Part shown: positions 27,012 to 35,440 of the stretch, one piece after another
How the letters are laid out: every line of letters starts with the position of its first letter
How positions within the stretch are numbered: position 1 is the stretch's first letter
Notes under the pieces: generated by a model
The model's database searches: none
Told to the model about the DNA's origin: nothing
Seen by the model: the letters and a program-made list of their open reading frames with translations, nothing else
DNA from: Escherichia phage Gostya9
Sequence record: NC_047979.1
Length of the DNA stretch: 64,000 bases
Reading direction: 5' to 3' (one strand)
Position numbers and translations under genes: made by a program

Positions 27012-27106
27012 TGGAGGTAGGTAAGGGGATCGAACCCTTACACCGTATCACTACGATCAACCGATTTCAAGTCGGAGTCCAGCGCCAGCCGTTGGATTGA
27101 CCTACC
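27012..27106 (-). tRNA. tRNA-Ser (UGA), type II
   Basis: 95 nt; perfect acceptor GGTAGGT; anticodon loop CTTGAAA; long variable arm. Confidence 0.5.
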
Positions 27107-27118
27107 ATATAAATTGTT

Positions 27119-27209
27119 TGGCGGAAGAGGAGAGATTTGAACTCTCAAGCCGTTTTACCAGTCAGCCACTTTCCAAGCGGTTTTCGTCGCCAATTCGATT
27201 TGCTCTTCC
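27119..27209 (-). tRNA. tRNA-Ser (GGA), type II
   Basis: 91 nt; perfect acceptor GGAAGAG; anticodon loop TTGGAAA; long variable arm. Confidence 0.5.
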
Positions 27210-27321
27210 AATCATAAGATGATGCCTCTATCACGCCAGGCAGTTACGCCTCGCTGGGATTCGAACCCATTAAAACAGCTCAACCGAGATAGTAGGTTTA
27301 ATTTACTCTGACCATCAAATT

Positions 27322-27398
27322 TGGTGCGTGACAAGGGATTCGAACCCTCAAAACCCGACTTCTAGGGACGGTATGTATGCCAATTCCATCAATCACGC
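27322..27398 (-). tRNA. tRNA, anticodon unresolved (loop CCUAGAA)
   Basis: CCA + acceptor GCGTGAT/GTCACGC + T-arm AAGGG-TTCGAAT; anticodon stem has one mismatch. Confidence 0.45.
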
Positions 27399-27406
27399 GT
27401 ATTTTG

Positions 27407-27477
27407 TGGAGAAAGAGGGAGTTGAACCCTCGTCTTCTGCGTGCAAAGCAGATGTTCTACCATTAAACTATATCCCC
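27407..27477 (-). tRNA. tRNA-Ala (UGC)
   Basis: anticodon stem TCTGC/GCAGA with loop TTTGCAC; G3-U70 wobble pair present; CCA not encoded. Confidence 0.55.
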
Positions 27478-27714
27478 AAATTCTTTAGTTTACTAAGGCT
27501 ATTAGCTCGGCGTAACTACAGCACCTTCGCTTCGAGCGGAAGGAACCGCGTCATCTCGCAAACCCGATACACTATTCAGTTGCCGCTGAATCTAGTGGAC
27601 TAATCTAGAACTTCTCCCGAGTCGTAGGATCGTGCTTTTTGGCAGCCAGTCCTAGGTCGAGCTAATACCTTAGTGAACTATGATGAGGATTTCTCCCCAT
27701 CAATTTATATAAAT

Positions 27715-27743
27715 ATTATAACAAGAAATTAAGCATCAAGCAA
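27715..27743 (-). promoter_or_regulatory. sigma70-type promoter heading the tRNA / small-RNA unit
   Basis: TTGCTT-17-TATAAT on minus strand; no protein gene downstream before tRNAs. Confidence 0.6.
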
Positions 27744-27761
27744 ATGAGTTTTTCTTGAAAT

Positions 27762-27837
27762 TGGTAGCGGGTTCCAGTACTGCCCTGGACTTACTTAGCT
27801 TATGAGACTAAGAAGAACTCTATGCCTTCCACCCGCA
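27762..27837 (-). tRNA. tRNA, tentative Met/Ile2 (CAU); atypical T-loop
   Basis: CCA + acceptor; anticodon stem CTTAGT/GCTAAG with loop CTCATAA; T-loop GGCAGTA non-canonical. Confidence 0.4.
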
Positions 27838-27843
27838 ATTATT

Positions 27844-27907
27844 TGGTCAGTGCGGCAGGACTCGAACCTGCGACCCGAATCATCCAGGGATCCCACGCTA
27901 CGCACTG
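27844..27907 (-). tRNA. truncated tRNA-like element (64 nt)
   Basis: perfect 7-bp acceptor CAGTGCG/CGCACTG, CCA and canonical T-arm GCAGG-TTCGAGT-CCTGC, but only 29 nt between them. Confidence 0.3.
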
Positions 27908-27915
27908 AAATTTTA

Positions 27916-28263
27916 TTAGTTTAACCGTAAAGTATTATCTACTTCACCATTAATTGTTCGGCATTCCTCTGGGATTGTCGGAGTGGCCTTGTATTCCCAC
28001 CACTCAGCACCATCATATTCCCCACGTTCTAGCCAAGTTCCATCGGCAAACCATACATTACCATAAAGTAATTGTCCACCGTATCCAGAATCATATTCAA
28101 AGTCTAGGTTATTAAGAAAATCCCCAATATCTTCTTCTGTATAACCTAAAGGTAATACCCAAACTTTTTTGTCCCCATAATACCCGAATTCTATTTTAAT
28201 ACACTTAACTTTAGAATTGGTATTTTTTAAGGCGAGTAGCAGCTCTTCTTTAGCATTACGCAT
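27916..28263 (-). CDS. hypothetical protein
   Basis: 115-aa ORF. Confidence 0.45.
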   Translation of the reverse strand: MRNAKEELLLALKNTNSKVKCIKIEFGYYGDKKVWVLPLGYTEEDIGDFLNNLDFEYDSGYGGQLLYGNVWFADGTWLERGEYDGAEWWEYKATPTIPEECRTINGEVDNTLRLN

Positions 28264-28288
28264 AGTATATTCTCATACTGAGTTAATT

Positions 28289-28362
28289 TGGCGCGACCGA
28301 TGGGATTTGAACCCACATTCCCCGTGACAGGGGAGTACCATTACCAAGCCAGCCCCTGTCGC
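28289..28362 (-). tRNA. tRNA-Asp (GUC)
   Basis: anticodon loop CTGTCAC flanked by CTCCC/GGGGA stem; T-arm GGGTTCAAATCCC; CCA encoded. Confidence 0.55.
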
Positions 28363-28371
28363 ATAATTCAT

Positions 28372-28557
28372 TTACTCATATTTGAGTTTTTCAATAGCTG
28401 CATTAAGTTCTTTTAGAGCTTCACGACGTTCTACCTGACCTTGAAGTTCTTCAAGAAGTTCCGCTTTCAGAGTCTCAATAATTTTACCACGAACCTTGAT
28501 ATTATTAATCAGATTATCACGATCAGCTTCTAGTCGAGCAATTGCATGAGTTGTCAT
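28372..28557 (-). CDS. small coiled-coil protein
   Basis: 61-aa ORF. Confidence 0.4.
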   Translation of the reverse strand: MTTHAIARLEADRDNLINNIKVRGKIIETLKAELLEELQGQVERREALKELNAAIEKLKYE

Positions 28558-28584
28558 ATCTATTTCCTCAGTTATTAATGAAAA

Positions 28585-28658
28585 TGGTATCTGTGGCTGA
28601 ATTTGATGTCAGCAATGATAGCTGGTTGGCTACCGGTTTACTTAACTCTACACAGAAT
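28585..28658 (-). tRNA. tRNA, anticodon unresolved
   Basis: CCA + acceptor + T-arm GCTGA..TCAGC; candidate anticodon loop TATCATT. Confidence 0.4.
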
Positions 28659-28659
28659 T

Positions 28660-28740
28660 TGGCGGGCCGTGTAGGATTCGAACCACCAACCCCGAAGGGC
28701 ACGGATTTACAGACCGCTGCAATAGCCATTCTGCCAACGA
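28660..28740 (-). tRNA. tRNA-Tyr (GUA)-like, type II; acceptor closure not confirmed
   Basis: anticodon loop CTGTAAA, variable arm CCC-TTCG-GGG, T-loop TTCGAAT and CCA; no complementary 5' acceptor strand found. Confidence 0.4.
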
Positions 28741-28939
28741 TGTACATTTAAAAGTATTCAAATACTTGTTTAAACACTTTTAAATATGTTTCCAACTTAG
28801 ATAACTATTATATCTAGTTTTAAGGCACTGAGCAAGTCAGATTTTGAAGAATTTGCTCAGTGCTATATTAGTTAGTCGAACTTAGGAGTAACAATTAAAG
28901 AGAATGGGAGTTCGAAAACTTCATCAATTTATACAACTA

Positions 28940-28969
28940 TTATACCAGAAATTTAAAGCAAAAGGCAAG
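28940..28969 (-). promoter_or_regulatory. sigma70-type promoter (weaker -35 TTGCCT)
   Basis: TTGCCT-18-TATAAT on minus strand, upstream of a tRNA pair. Confidence 0.5.
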
Positions 28970-28998
28970 TACATTTTTAAAAATTCTGTTCGGAGGAG

Positions 28999-29205
28999 CT
29001 AAACTCCAGATTCTTCAGCCAAGTCTAGACTAATAAGAGTTATAGCCATAATTGCTGCACCGTGTTCTTTTTCTCCGGTGTTTTTAGCAGAGTCTATAAT
29101 ACCCTTAATCTGTTCGTAATAACTTTTTACTTCTTGTTCAATGCCCGCCTCGGCTATCATGCCTTTAGTCATGAGTCGTTGCATGGTAATTTCACGGTTA
29201 GCCAT
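28999..29205 (-). CDS. hypothetical protein
   Basis: 68-aa ORF; start overlaps stop of an upstream unlisted small ORF. Confidence 0.4.
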   Translation of the reverse strand: MANREITMQRLMTKGMIAEAGIEQEVKSYYEQIKGIIDSAKNTGEKEHGAAIMAITLISLDLAEESGV

Positions 29206-29365
29206 GATGTTTCTCCAGCTTCATTTTTAATAGTTTACAGATGAAATCAACGTCTTCATCCGTGCCTAAGTCTCTATCCCCAAGGGTCGCCTTGAAGTTT
29301 TTCGTTAGTTCCATAAGAATAACTTCCCTAGAACGACGTGTTGGCGGAGGTGGATGTCTATACAT
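29199..29365 (-). CDS. small Pro-rich protein (about 55 aa)
   Basis: ATG after AAGGA RBS; stop overlaps next start (ATGGCTAA); below ORF-track cutoff. Confidence 0.3.
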
Positions 29366-29380
29366 CTTATTTCCTTAATT

Positions 29381-29455
29381 TGGTGGGTCGGAGGAGAATC
29401 TAACTCCTACTCGTTAGCTTATGAGGCCACCGCTTTAACTTTAAGCTACCGACCC
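29381..29455 (-). tRNA. tRNA-Met (CAU) family
   Basis: perfect acceptor GGGTCGG/CCGACCC, T-arm AGGAG-TTAGATT-CTCCT, anticodon loop CTCATAA. Confidence 0.5.
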
Positions 29456-29461
29456 TATGTT

Positions 29462-29550
29462 TGGTGGAAGAAGTGGGAATCGAACCCACAAGGCTATATT
29501 TCAAACCGACAGATTAGCAATCTGCTGCAATACCGTTATGCTATTCTTCC
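29462..29550 (-). tRNA. tRNA-Ser (GCU), type II
   Basis: 89 nt; perfect acceptor GGAAGAA/TTCTTCC; anticodon stem GCAGA/TCTGT with loop TTGCTAA; T-arm GTGGG-TTCGATT-CCCAC. Confidence 0.55.
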
Positions 29551-29565
29551 GAATTTATAAGATAT

Positions 29566-29594
29566 ATTATATTAGAAATTTAGCTTCATAGCAA
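29566..29594 (-). promoter_or_regulatory. sigma70-type promoter driving tRNA-Ser/tRNA-Met
   Basis: TTGCTA-17-TATAAT on minus strand. Confidence 0.6.
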
Positions 29595-30090
29595 GAAAAT
29601 TTTTCAAGTTTTCGGTAGACATCTCATCCACATCTACAGGAGAAACAAACCCATTTAATTGTCTAGCAAATTTTTCACCGGCAGGATCATTATCCCCAAC
29701 AGCTACCAATTTAAAAGGTAGTAATTTCAATTGCTTTAACAACGCTTTTCCGGGGGAAGAACCCAACATTGCTAGGGCAGGATAACCAGCATTATGTAAT
29801 GCTACAGCCTTAAATACAGATTCAGCAATCAATACTACTTTTTCATCCCCACTGAGAGTTTCTAGCCCCCATACACACTGTGCGGTAGAATAAGTAAAAT
29901 ATCTAGCTTCAGAGGGGCACTTACCATGACCTTTTGGAGCAGAAGGATTATAAGTCTGATAGCCTCTCAACATTCCAGAGAAGTCATACAACGGGACTGT
30001 TAGCCATCCTTCCGGACTTAACCAGCAATGATATTTATCTGTATCAAACCCTCTGGATAAGAGATGTTCTGTTAGTTCATCAACAGTCAT
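29572..30090 (-). CDS. hypothetical protein
   Basis: 172-aa ORF. Confidence 0.5.
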   Translation of the reverse strand: MTVDELTEHLLSRGFDTDKYHCWLSPEGWLTVPLYDFSGMLRGYQTYNPSAPKGHGKCPSEARYFTYSTAQCVWGLETLSGDEKVVLIAESVFKAVALHNAGYPALAMLGSSPGKALLKQLKLLPFKLVAVGDNDPAGEKFARQLNGFVSPVDVDEMSTENLKNFLAMKLNF

Positions 30091-30124
30091 ATTAGATTCC
30101 TCTCTCTCTCAAATTTATAAATAT

Positions 30125-30153
30125 ATTATACAGAGAATTTAGCATTCAAGCAA
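30125..30153 (-). promoter_or_regulatory. sigma70-type early promoter
   Basis: TTGCTT-17-TATAAT on minus strand. Confidence 0.65.
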
Positions 30154-30249
30154 TTGAATTTTTAAACTTTTTAGTGGAAAAATCTCAAGGCATTTAATGG
30201 CAGCACGTTGTTGCTGTAATAAGAGTATATGGTTCTAAAGAACCAAATA

Positions 30250-30284
30250 ATAAAGCCCTGCGCTCTCCAGGGAACGCAGGGCTT
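30250..30284 (-). terminator. rho-independent terminator
   Basis: AGCCCTGCG..CGCAGGGCT stem followed on minus strand by TTATTATTTGG; second small hairpin TGGTTC-TAAA-GAACCA adjacent. Confidence 0.55.
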
Positions 30285-30307
30285 ACTTCGAATATTACGT
30301 GTAGGTA

Positions 30308-31258
30308 TTACTTGTTACGCATATCCATAATCATCTGGCCATCGTAACCAGTGCCAACCACAGTCTGAGGTACACCACCTTGATACTTCTGAGCACGAAT
30401 CATTTCAACTTCTAGTTGCTTCCAGCGAATCATCTCAGGAGTAATGGTACGTTGCAGAGCGGCGTTAGCTTCAGCCTCTTTCTTAGCTGCGTACAGTTTA
30501 GCATCTGCATCACGTTCGTTTGCAATAGCTTGGTTGTTACGAGCTTCACGATCTGCTTCTGCTTGTTTAACCTTCTGCTGTGCTTCTTGTTCAACACGAG
30601 CCAACTCAGCTTTCGCAGCATTAACTTGTTCTTCACGAACTTTGGTATTCTGTACCTGTTCCATGATTACAGGCGGCAAAGTAATATCCTGAAGGAACAC
30701 TTGCTTAACTGTGTAACCATAAGGGCGTGCATACTCTTCAACTTCCTGTTGAATTGCAGTTTGTAATTGAGCCTGAATTTTAGCATCAAACAAATCTTGT
30801 GCTTTAGGAACAGACTTGCCGAACTCACGAATAGTGGATAACAGCTTCTCTGTTACGTACTTATCTAGAGCCTGATCCTGAGTACCTGCGTTAATACGGT
30901 TAATCGGTGCCTTAGAACCATCAAACTGCAACATAACAGTCAGATCAACAGTGGATTTAAACTTATCCTGACTAGGAACCTGAAGTTTATCTAATTTTAC
31001 CGCAATGTCTTTTGTACTAAAAGTATCAAAAGATGCAAATGGGTTTACAATATGGAAACCCGGTAATACTGGATTAGGGTCTACTTTACCCAGGAATGTT
31101 TGAGTTTTAACCGTACCATCAGAAACAATAGTATATGAATTAAAAGCTAAAATCAAGCCTGCTAAACCAACTACAGCACCAACTACGATGCGCTTAACAG
31201 CGCGAATGTTCTTTTGTTCGGTGGTCAACGGCTTGTCAGATTTGTTTTTGCTAAACAT
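30308..31258 (-). CDS. SPFH/band-7 (prohibitin-like) membrane protein
   Basis: 316 aa; N-terminal TM, SPFH-like core, Ala/Gln/Glu-rich coiled-coil C-terminus. Confidence 0.6.
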   Translation of the reverse strand: MFSKNKSDKPLTTEQKNIRAVKRIVVGAVVGLAGLILAFNSYTIVSDGTVKTQTFLGKVDPNPVLPGFHIVNPFASFDTFSTKDIAVKLDKLQVPSQDKFKSTVDLTVMLQFDGSKAPINRINAGTQDQALDKYVTEKLLSTIREFGKSVPKAQDLFDAKIQAQLQTAIQQEVEEYARPYGYTVKQVFLQDITLPPVIMEQVQNTKVREEQVNAAKAELARVEQEAQQKVKQAEADREARNNQAIANERDADAKLYAAKKEAEANAALQRTITPEMIRWKQLEVEMIRAQKYQGGVPQTVVGTGYDGQMIMDMRNK

Positions 31259-31294
31259 ATAGTTCCTTTACTTTTGGTTATGATGAATGAAAAT

Positions 31295-31371
31295 TGGTAC
31301 TCCGTAAGGGATTCGAACCCCTAATCAAGAACTTAGAACGATCTTGCCTTATCCAATTTGGCCAACGGAGC
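31295..31371 (-). tRNA. tRNA, anticodon unresolved (possibly Arg UCU)
   Basis: CCA + acceptor GCTCCGT/ACGGAGT + T-arm GGGGTTCGAATCCC + D-arm GCC..GGC; anticodon stem has one mismatch. Confidence 0.5.
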
Positions 31372-31899
31372 ATGAATCTGGGCTTTAATTAGTTCTTCTA
31401 CAAGTGAAGGGTTTAGTTTAAACCATTCTCCTGTGGTGTTGTAGTCTTTAAATGTTCTATGCACTAGGTTCTCTACTGAATAAGCATCTTCACAGAAGAA
31501 CCATCTGAGTATACTGAAGGATTTTTCCGGTGAGAAACAATTTGCTTCTTCTAACCTGCGAGCAGGTTCTATGGACTTACCTACTTTTATAAACTCAGGG
31601 CATTTGGAATCTTGCATTATGTAGACAAAACCTTCCCTAGACCTTAACTTGCTAACCACCGTACAATCACGATATTTTAATAGGTTGATAGCTGCTAGTC
31701 TGAAATATTGTCGCAGTAAACTTTTTTGTTTACTTGGTCTTAGTTTTGAGAATGCTAGTTTATCTTCTATTTTTAGTAAAGCCACTTGATTTACTAAACT
31801 GTAAGTAATTTTGAACCATTCATTACATTTAGGGATCAGCCCTAAATTAATGGCTTTGGTTATTTGTCCTATGTCATAGGAGTTATCTCTCATATACAT
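31333..31899 (-). CDS. T5orf172-domain / GIY-YIG-like protein
   Basis: 188 aa; GFVYIM..FIKVGKS..P..R..E pattern typical of the T5orf172 family as recalled; 3' end overlaps the tRNA, so the exact stop needs checking. Confidence 0.5.
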   Translation of the reverse strand: MYMRDNSYDIGQITKAINLGLIPKCNEWFKITYSLVNQVALLKIEDKLAFSKLRPSKQKSLLRQYFRLAAINLLKYRDCTVVSKLRSREGFVYIMQDSKCPEFIKVGKSIEPARRLEEANCFSPEKSFSILRWFFCEDAYSVENLVHRTFKDYNTTGEWFKLNPSLVEELIKAQIHAPLAKLDKARSF

Positions 31900-32408
31900 A
31901 TTCCTGTGTCGATATTTTTAAGAACTCTCGTAAAAACTCTTAAAAATACAGACGATACCGGGAGAGTCATAAGTCTCACTCATTAAGTATTTCAAGACAA
32001 AATACAGTAACGTCTATTATTTTCCAGTTTAAGTCAAGGTGACTTAGTGGTTATGCCCTGCGGTATACTGGGGACTCGGTTAGGTTAGGGTCATGACTTC
32101 CTACCTTTTTGCTGCTACTCAACAGGAGTTATCGCGAATTACCTGTGCTATTGTGCACCATTAGTGGCATCTCTCATGCCAGCATTTCCCACTTTGTGGA
32201 TAGTTTGAAAAACTACTCCGATATGGAGGGAGAACTTCACTATCCTAGAATACCTTCTAAAGTTCTTCTTTAGCCTGGACATAGTTAAATCGTAATAAAA
32301 CTATTCAGCAGACTGGTTGGTTAGCCTGGAACCAACTACCGCGTGGTTTAGGCAGTGCGCAACTAACCTCGGAAGCTTTTACGTTAAAAGCACCAGTTAT
32401 CCAGTTCT

Positions 32409-32480
32409 TACCGATCGTAGGATTCGAACCTACATCTTCCACCAGTTACGGCTTGATAATACCGTTTATACTAGATCGGC
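32409..32480 (-). tRNA. tRNA, anticodon unresolved
   Basis: acceptor GCCGATC/GATCGGT, T-arm GTAGG-TTCGAAT-CCTAC; CCA not encoded. Confidence 0.45.
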
Positions 32481-32556
32481 AGTGTTACTACATAAGTGAT
32501 TTCCACACCCCACTATTTATAACTTAGAGAAGAATTACTCTCTAATTTATGAATAT

Positions 32557-32585
32557 ATTATACAGAATTTATAAGCATTTAGCAA
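32557..32585 (-). promoter_or_regulatory. sigma70-type promoter upstream of isolated tRNA
   Basis: TTGCTA-17-TATAAT on minus strand. Confidence 0.6.
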
Positions 32586-33036
32586 ATGAATTTTTAGAAA
32601 ACTCGCTAGCAATCAAGGCGGCTGTTTTACCATCATAACGCCCTGGAAATTCTGCCTTAATAGTTTTCATTAAGAGAGCTTTGGTAATGCCTGGGTTTAG
32701 TTTAACTAATTCTGCAAAGTATTTACGAATTTCAGTATCAGATAACTGAGGAGGCAGATACTCCTGCAACCACTTATTTAGAATGTATTCATACTGAGCG
32801 GACTGCAAGCTATAACTATCAAGATCTTGACCATGAAGTTTAGCTTTCATTTGGTTAATGCTTTTTAGTTGAGCTTTGAGATAAGACACAAATTGTTCAG
32901 AAGTGATGAAATCTTTATCAATACGCTGAAGATCCCCGATTATGGTCTGGTAGCTTTTAGCGACTTCTTTATCAGAACCATTAAACTTAGAATCCTGCAA
33001 AGCTCTACGCAAAACAGCTAAAATATTCTCTTCCAT
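32569..33036 (-). CDS. hypothetical protein
   Basis: 155-aa ORF. Confidence 0.45.
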   Translation of the reverse strand: MEENILAVLRRALQDSKFNGSDKEVAKSYQTIIGDLQRIDKDFITSEQFVSYLKAQLKSINQMKAKLHGQDLDSYSLQSAQYEYILNKWLQEYLPPQLSDTEIRKYFAELVKLNPGITKALLMKTIKAEFPGRYDGKTAALIASEFSKNSFAKCL

Positions 33037-33206
33037 TATTTCATCCCCAATGCTTGGTTGAAAGATTGTTCTGTCATAACTGCTGAGACTTTGGCGAAAT
33101 CAAACTTTTTAGGGTTCGTAGTGATCTCAGCAACGTTGGAAGTTTTAACAGTTTTCGTAGTACGAATACCGCGAGTGTTAACACCAATGACGACCAAGTT
33201 TTTCAT
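33036..33206 (-). CDS. small protein (56 aa)
   Basis: ATG after GAGG RBS; stop overlaps next start (TAATG); below ORF-track cutoff. Confidence 0.35.
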   Translation of the reverse strand: MKNLVVIGVNTRGIRTTKTVKTSNVAEITTNPKKFDFAKVSAVMTEQSFNQALGMK

Positions 33207-33237
33207 ATTTCGCTTCCTCTCATTAATTTATGAAAGT

Positions 33238-33266
33238 ATTATACAGAAGTTTAAGTATTTAAGCAA
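33238..33266 (-). promoter_or_regulatory. sigma70-type early promoter
   Basis: TTGCTT-17-TATAAT on minus strand. Confidence 0.65.
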
Positions 33267-33281
33267 ATAAATTTTTAAGTT

Positions 33282-33749
33282 TTAAGTTTTAGTGACAGCA
33301 GGCTTATAAAATGTATGCCCCTTAATCTTAGTTGTTTTCTTAAACTTCTTTGTCCAGTACGGTTTATCTTTACCACTATGGAAGTATAAGGCTCCATGTG
33401 TAGGATCTTGTGGTAAATCAACGTAGTATATCACTCTAGCTAAATTCTTGGCGGTTTGCCAAGCCTCATCGGTTTTATCAACTTTTGGTCTCTTAGATAC
33501 CCAAGAGAACTGGTTAGACTGATATACTACTTTACAGTAGGAATCTGGGAATTTACCGGAGTTTACACGGTTTTTAGTAACATGTGCAATCGCCGTCATT
33601 CCCTTTATGCCCTCACCACGACTTTCGAAATAGATATTTTTAGCAATGCAATCTATTTCTTTTGCATCGTGCGATGCCTGACTACTAAAGCTGAAGGTAA
33701 GGGCAGCTACTAAAAGCAAAGCTGCCTTCATTCTTTTTACTCCTGCCAA
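33282..33749 (-). CDS. secreted cell-wall hydrolase (SleB-like Hydrolase_2 family)
   Basis: 155 aa; signal peptide; AKNIYFESRGE..AIAHVTKNRV..YCKVVYQSNQFSW pattern. Confidence 0.6.
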   Translation of the reverse strand: MAGVKRMKAALLLVAALTFSFSSQASHDAKEIDCIAKNIYFESRGEGIKGMTAIAHVTKNRVNSGKFPDSYCKVVYQSNQFSWVSKRPKVDKTDEAWQTAKNLARVIYYVDLPQDPTHGALYFHSGKDKPYWTKKFKKTTKIKGHTFYKPAVTKT

Positions 33750-34054
33750 TCGTATTCAATACGATTGGGGTTTTCTTTGTATCCCAAGTCAAGCAAATCA
33801 TTACGCATAGTTTGCTTAGCTACGGGATTCGAGGTTACTAGTACCACTTTCTTTGGTCTCTGCCCAAATTCTAAGAGTAAACGAAGAATTTGATAACCTT
33901 CCATACCATCTACAGCCAAATCGTTGTCGAAATAAACAAAATGGCCAGTGGTATCAGTCTTATTCAGAAACTCAACAGCGGCTTCTGGGGTTCGAATGAT
34001 AATGTCCATTCCGTGAAGATTACGCACATCATCAATCAAAATATGAAAAGTCAT
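33737..34054 (-). CDS. hypothetical protein
   Basis: 105-aa ORF. Confidence 0.45.
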   Translation of the reverse strand: MTFHILIDDVRNLHGMDIIIRTPEAAVEFLNKTDTTGHFVYFDNDLAVDGMEGYQILRLLLEFGQRPKKVVLVTSNPVAKQTMRNDLLDLGYKENPNRIEYDWQE

Positions 34055-34083
34055 AATAGCCTCGTTTCACCAATTTAAAATAT

Positions 34084-34112
34084 ATTATACAGAAAACTTA
34101 ATAAATTAGCAA
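34084..34112 (-). promoter_or_regulatory. sigma70-type early promoter
   Basis: TTGCTA-17-TATAAT on minus strand. Confidence 0.65.
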
Positions 34113-34495
34113 ATACATTTTTAAATTGTGAAACTAGTAAACCGATAAACAGCCTAGGGGCGCCACAGGCCATATCTTATGAGCCATGTACCTTTGATCT
34201 AGGGTTTGAATCATCAACGAATACTTTGCATCTTTTAGCTTTAGAAGTTTAGAAGTTTGAGTTCTTTAAACTTTTCAGCTTTCATACTTAAATGTTGATC
34301 TTTGAAGTTGTGTCGGTAATATCAACGACGCTTTGTTTTTACGTGTCAGATTAAATGTCTGATGTAATAAACATAATCTCCAATAGATTATACTTTATAG
34401 TATGGTCAGCGGTCTTATTTAACCTCGTATTTCAACCGCTGCTGCGAGGTAAGATGCTTGGGCTTTCGTCTACCGATTTACTAGCTTTTAAATTA

Positions 34496-35134
34496 TTACT
34501 CTACTTCAATGAAAGTAGAGGCATTGGACTCAGACAGAACAAAGTCAACATTAGTTGCAAAGTCCTGGTATTCTTCGTCGTGCTGCTTGATCAGCTTTTC
34601 CAGCTCCAGCGGATCAATCAAGAATGGGGTATTCTTGAGTTCCAACAGGTTGAGCTGCATTTTAACTTCATCTTCGGAAGTTTTCTTATCGCGGGTAGCC
34701 ATGCTATCCTGCAAACGCTCATATTTAGCATCAAACTGTGCTTTCTGCGTATTAAACTTAACCGTAGCGGCATGGAACTGCTTACGCATATTAGCCAGCA
34801 ACTGAGCTTTAAGTTCCATAGAACGTTTAGCTTCAATTGCTTCTGCAACAGTCATTTTACGAGAACCAATCTCAACGATTGTTTCCGCATTGCTCTTAAT
34901 CAATGCTGCTTTGATACGATCACGTTGGGACAGCATATCTAGTAGGGATTGGAAATCTGTCTTAATACGATTAGACAGATCTTCTACTTCGATTGCGGCA
35001 CCAACTACAACCTGGTTTTTATCCTTACCTTCACCAACAGCGATCAGAAGCTGTTGTTCAGTAGCTTTACGGATTTTAGCTTCCAGAGATTTGATGGTTG
35101 CCAGAGCACGAGTTTTAGAGATACGAGTGGTCAC
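34496..35134 (-). CDS. coiled-coil protein
   Basis: 212-aa ORF; preferred over overlapping plus-strand ORF 34355..34942 because of strand context. Confidence 0.45.
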   Translation of the reverse strand: MTTRISKTRALATIKSLEAKIRKATEQQLLIAVGEGKDKNQVVVGAAIEVEDLSNRIKTDFQSLLDMLSQRDRIKAALIKSNAETIVEIGSRKMTVAEAIEAKRSMELKAQLLANMRKQFHAATVKFNTQKAQFDAKYERLQDSMATRDKKTSEDEVKMQLNLLELKNTPFLIDPLELEKLIKQHDEEYQDFATNVDFVLSESNASTFIEVE

Positions 35135-35186
35135 TGTTTCTTCCTTACATGAAGTTTAAGGTTTGAATTTGTTTAAAGTTGGTCTA

Positions 35187-35369
35187 TTACAGACCCATTG
35201 CCAGTAAGGTACGCAGAACAGTATCTTTACTATTATCAATTTTAGGATTAGCACGATTTAGCAGATCAAAGATTTTCTGGACACCTGATTGACGTTCAGC
35301 CATACGACGGATACCCAGATTACGAGTAGCTTTCTTACCATTTTTACGAACATTTTTAGATACTGGCAT
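35187..35369 (-). CDS. small basic protein
   Basis: 60-aa ORF downstream of promoter 35411-35439. Confidence 0.4.
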   Translation of the reverse strand: MPVSKNVRKNGKKATRNLGIRRMAERQSGVQKIFDLLNRANPKIDNSKDTVLRTLLAMGL

Positions 35370-35410
35370 ATTTGTTTTCCTTTTATTGTTTTCTCAAATT
35401 TATGAAATAT

Positions 35411-35439
35411 ATTATACAGAATTTTGGAGCCGGAAGCAA
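35411..35439 (-). promoter_or_regulatory. sigma70-type early promoter
   Basis: TTGCTT-17-TATAAT on minus strand. Confidence 0.65.
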
Positions 35440-35440
35440 A

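Noticed and set aside
27328-27603. ORF 27328..27603 (91 aa, plus) and ORF 28542..28751 (plus)
   Set aside because: Antisense to several tRNA genes; no RBS; opposite to the local transcription direction.
34355-34942. Plus-strand ORF 34355..34942 (195 aa)
   Set aside because: Overlaps the minus-strand coiled-coil gene in a uniformly minus-strand block; low-complexity sequence and no promoter or RBS on the plus strand.
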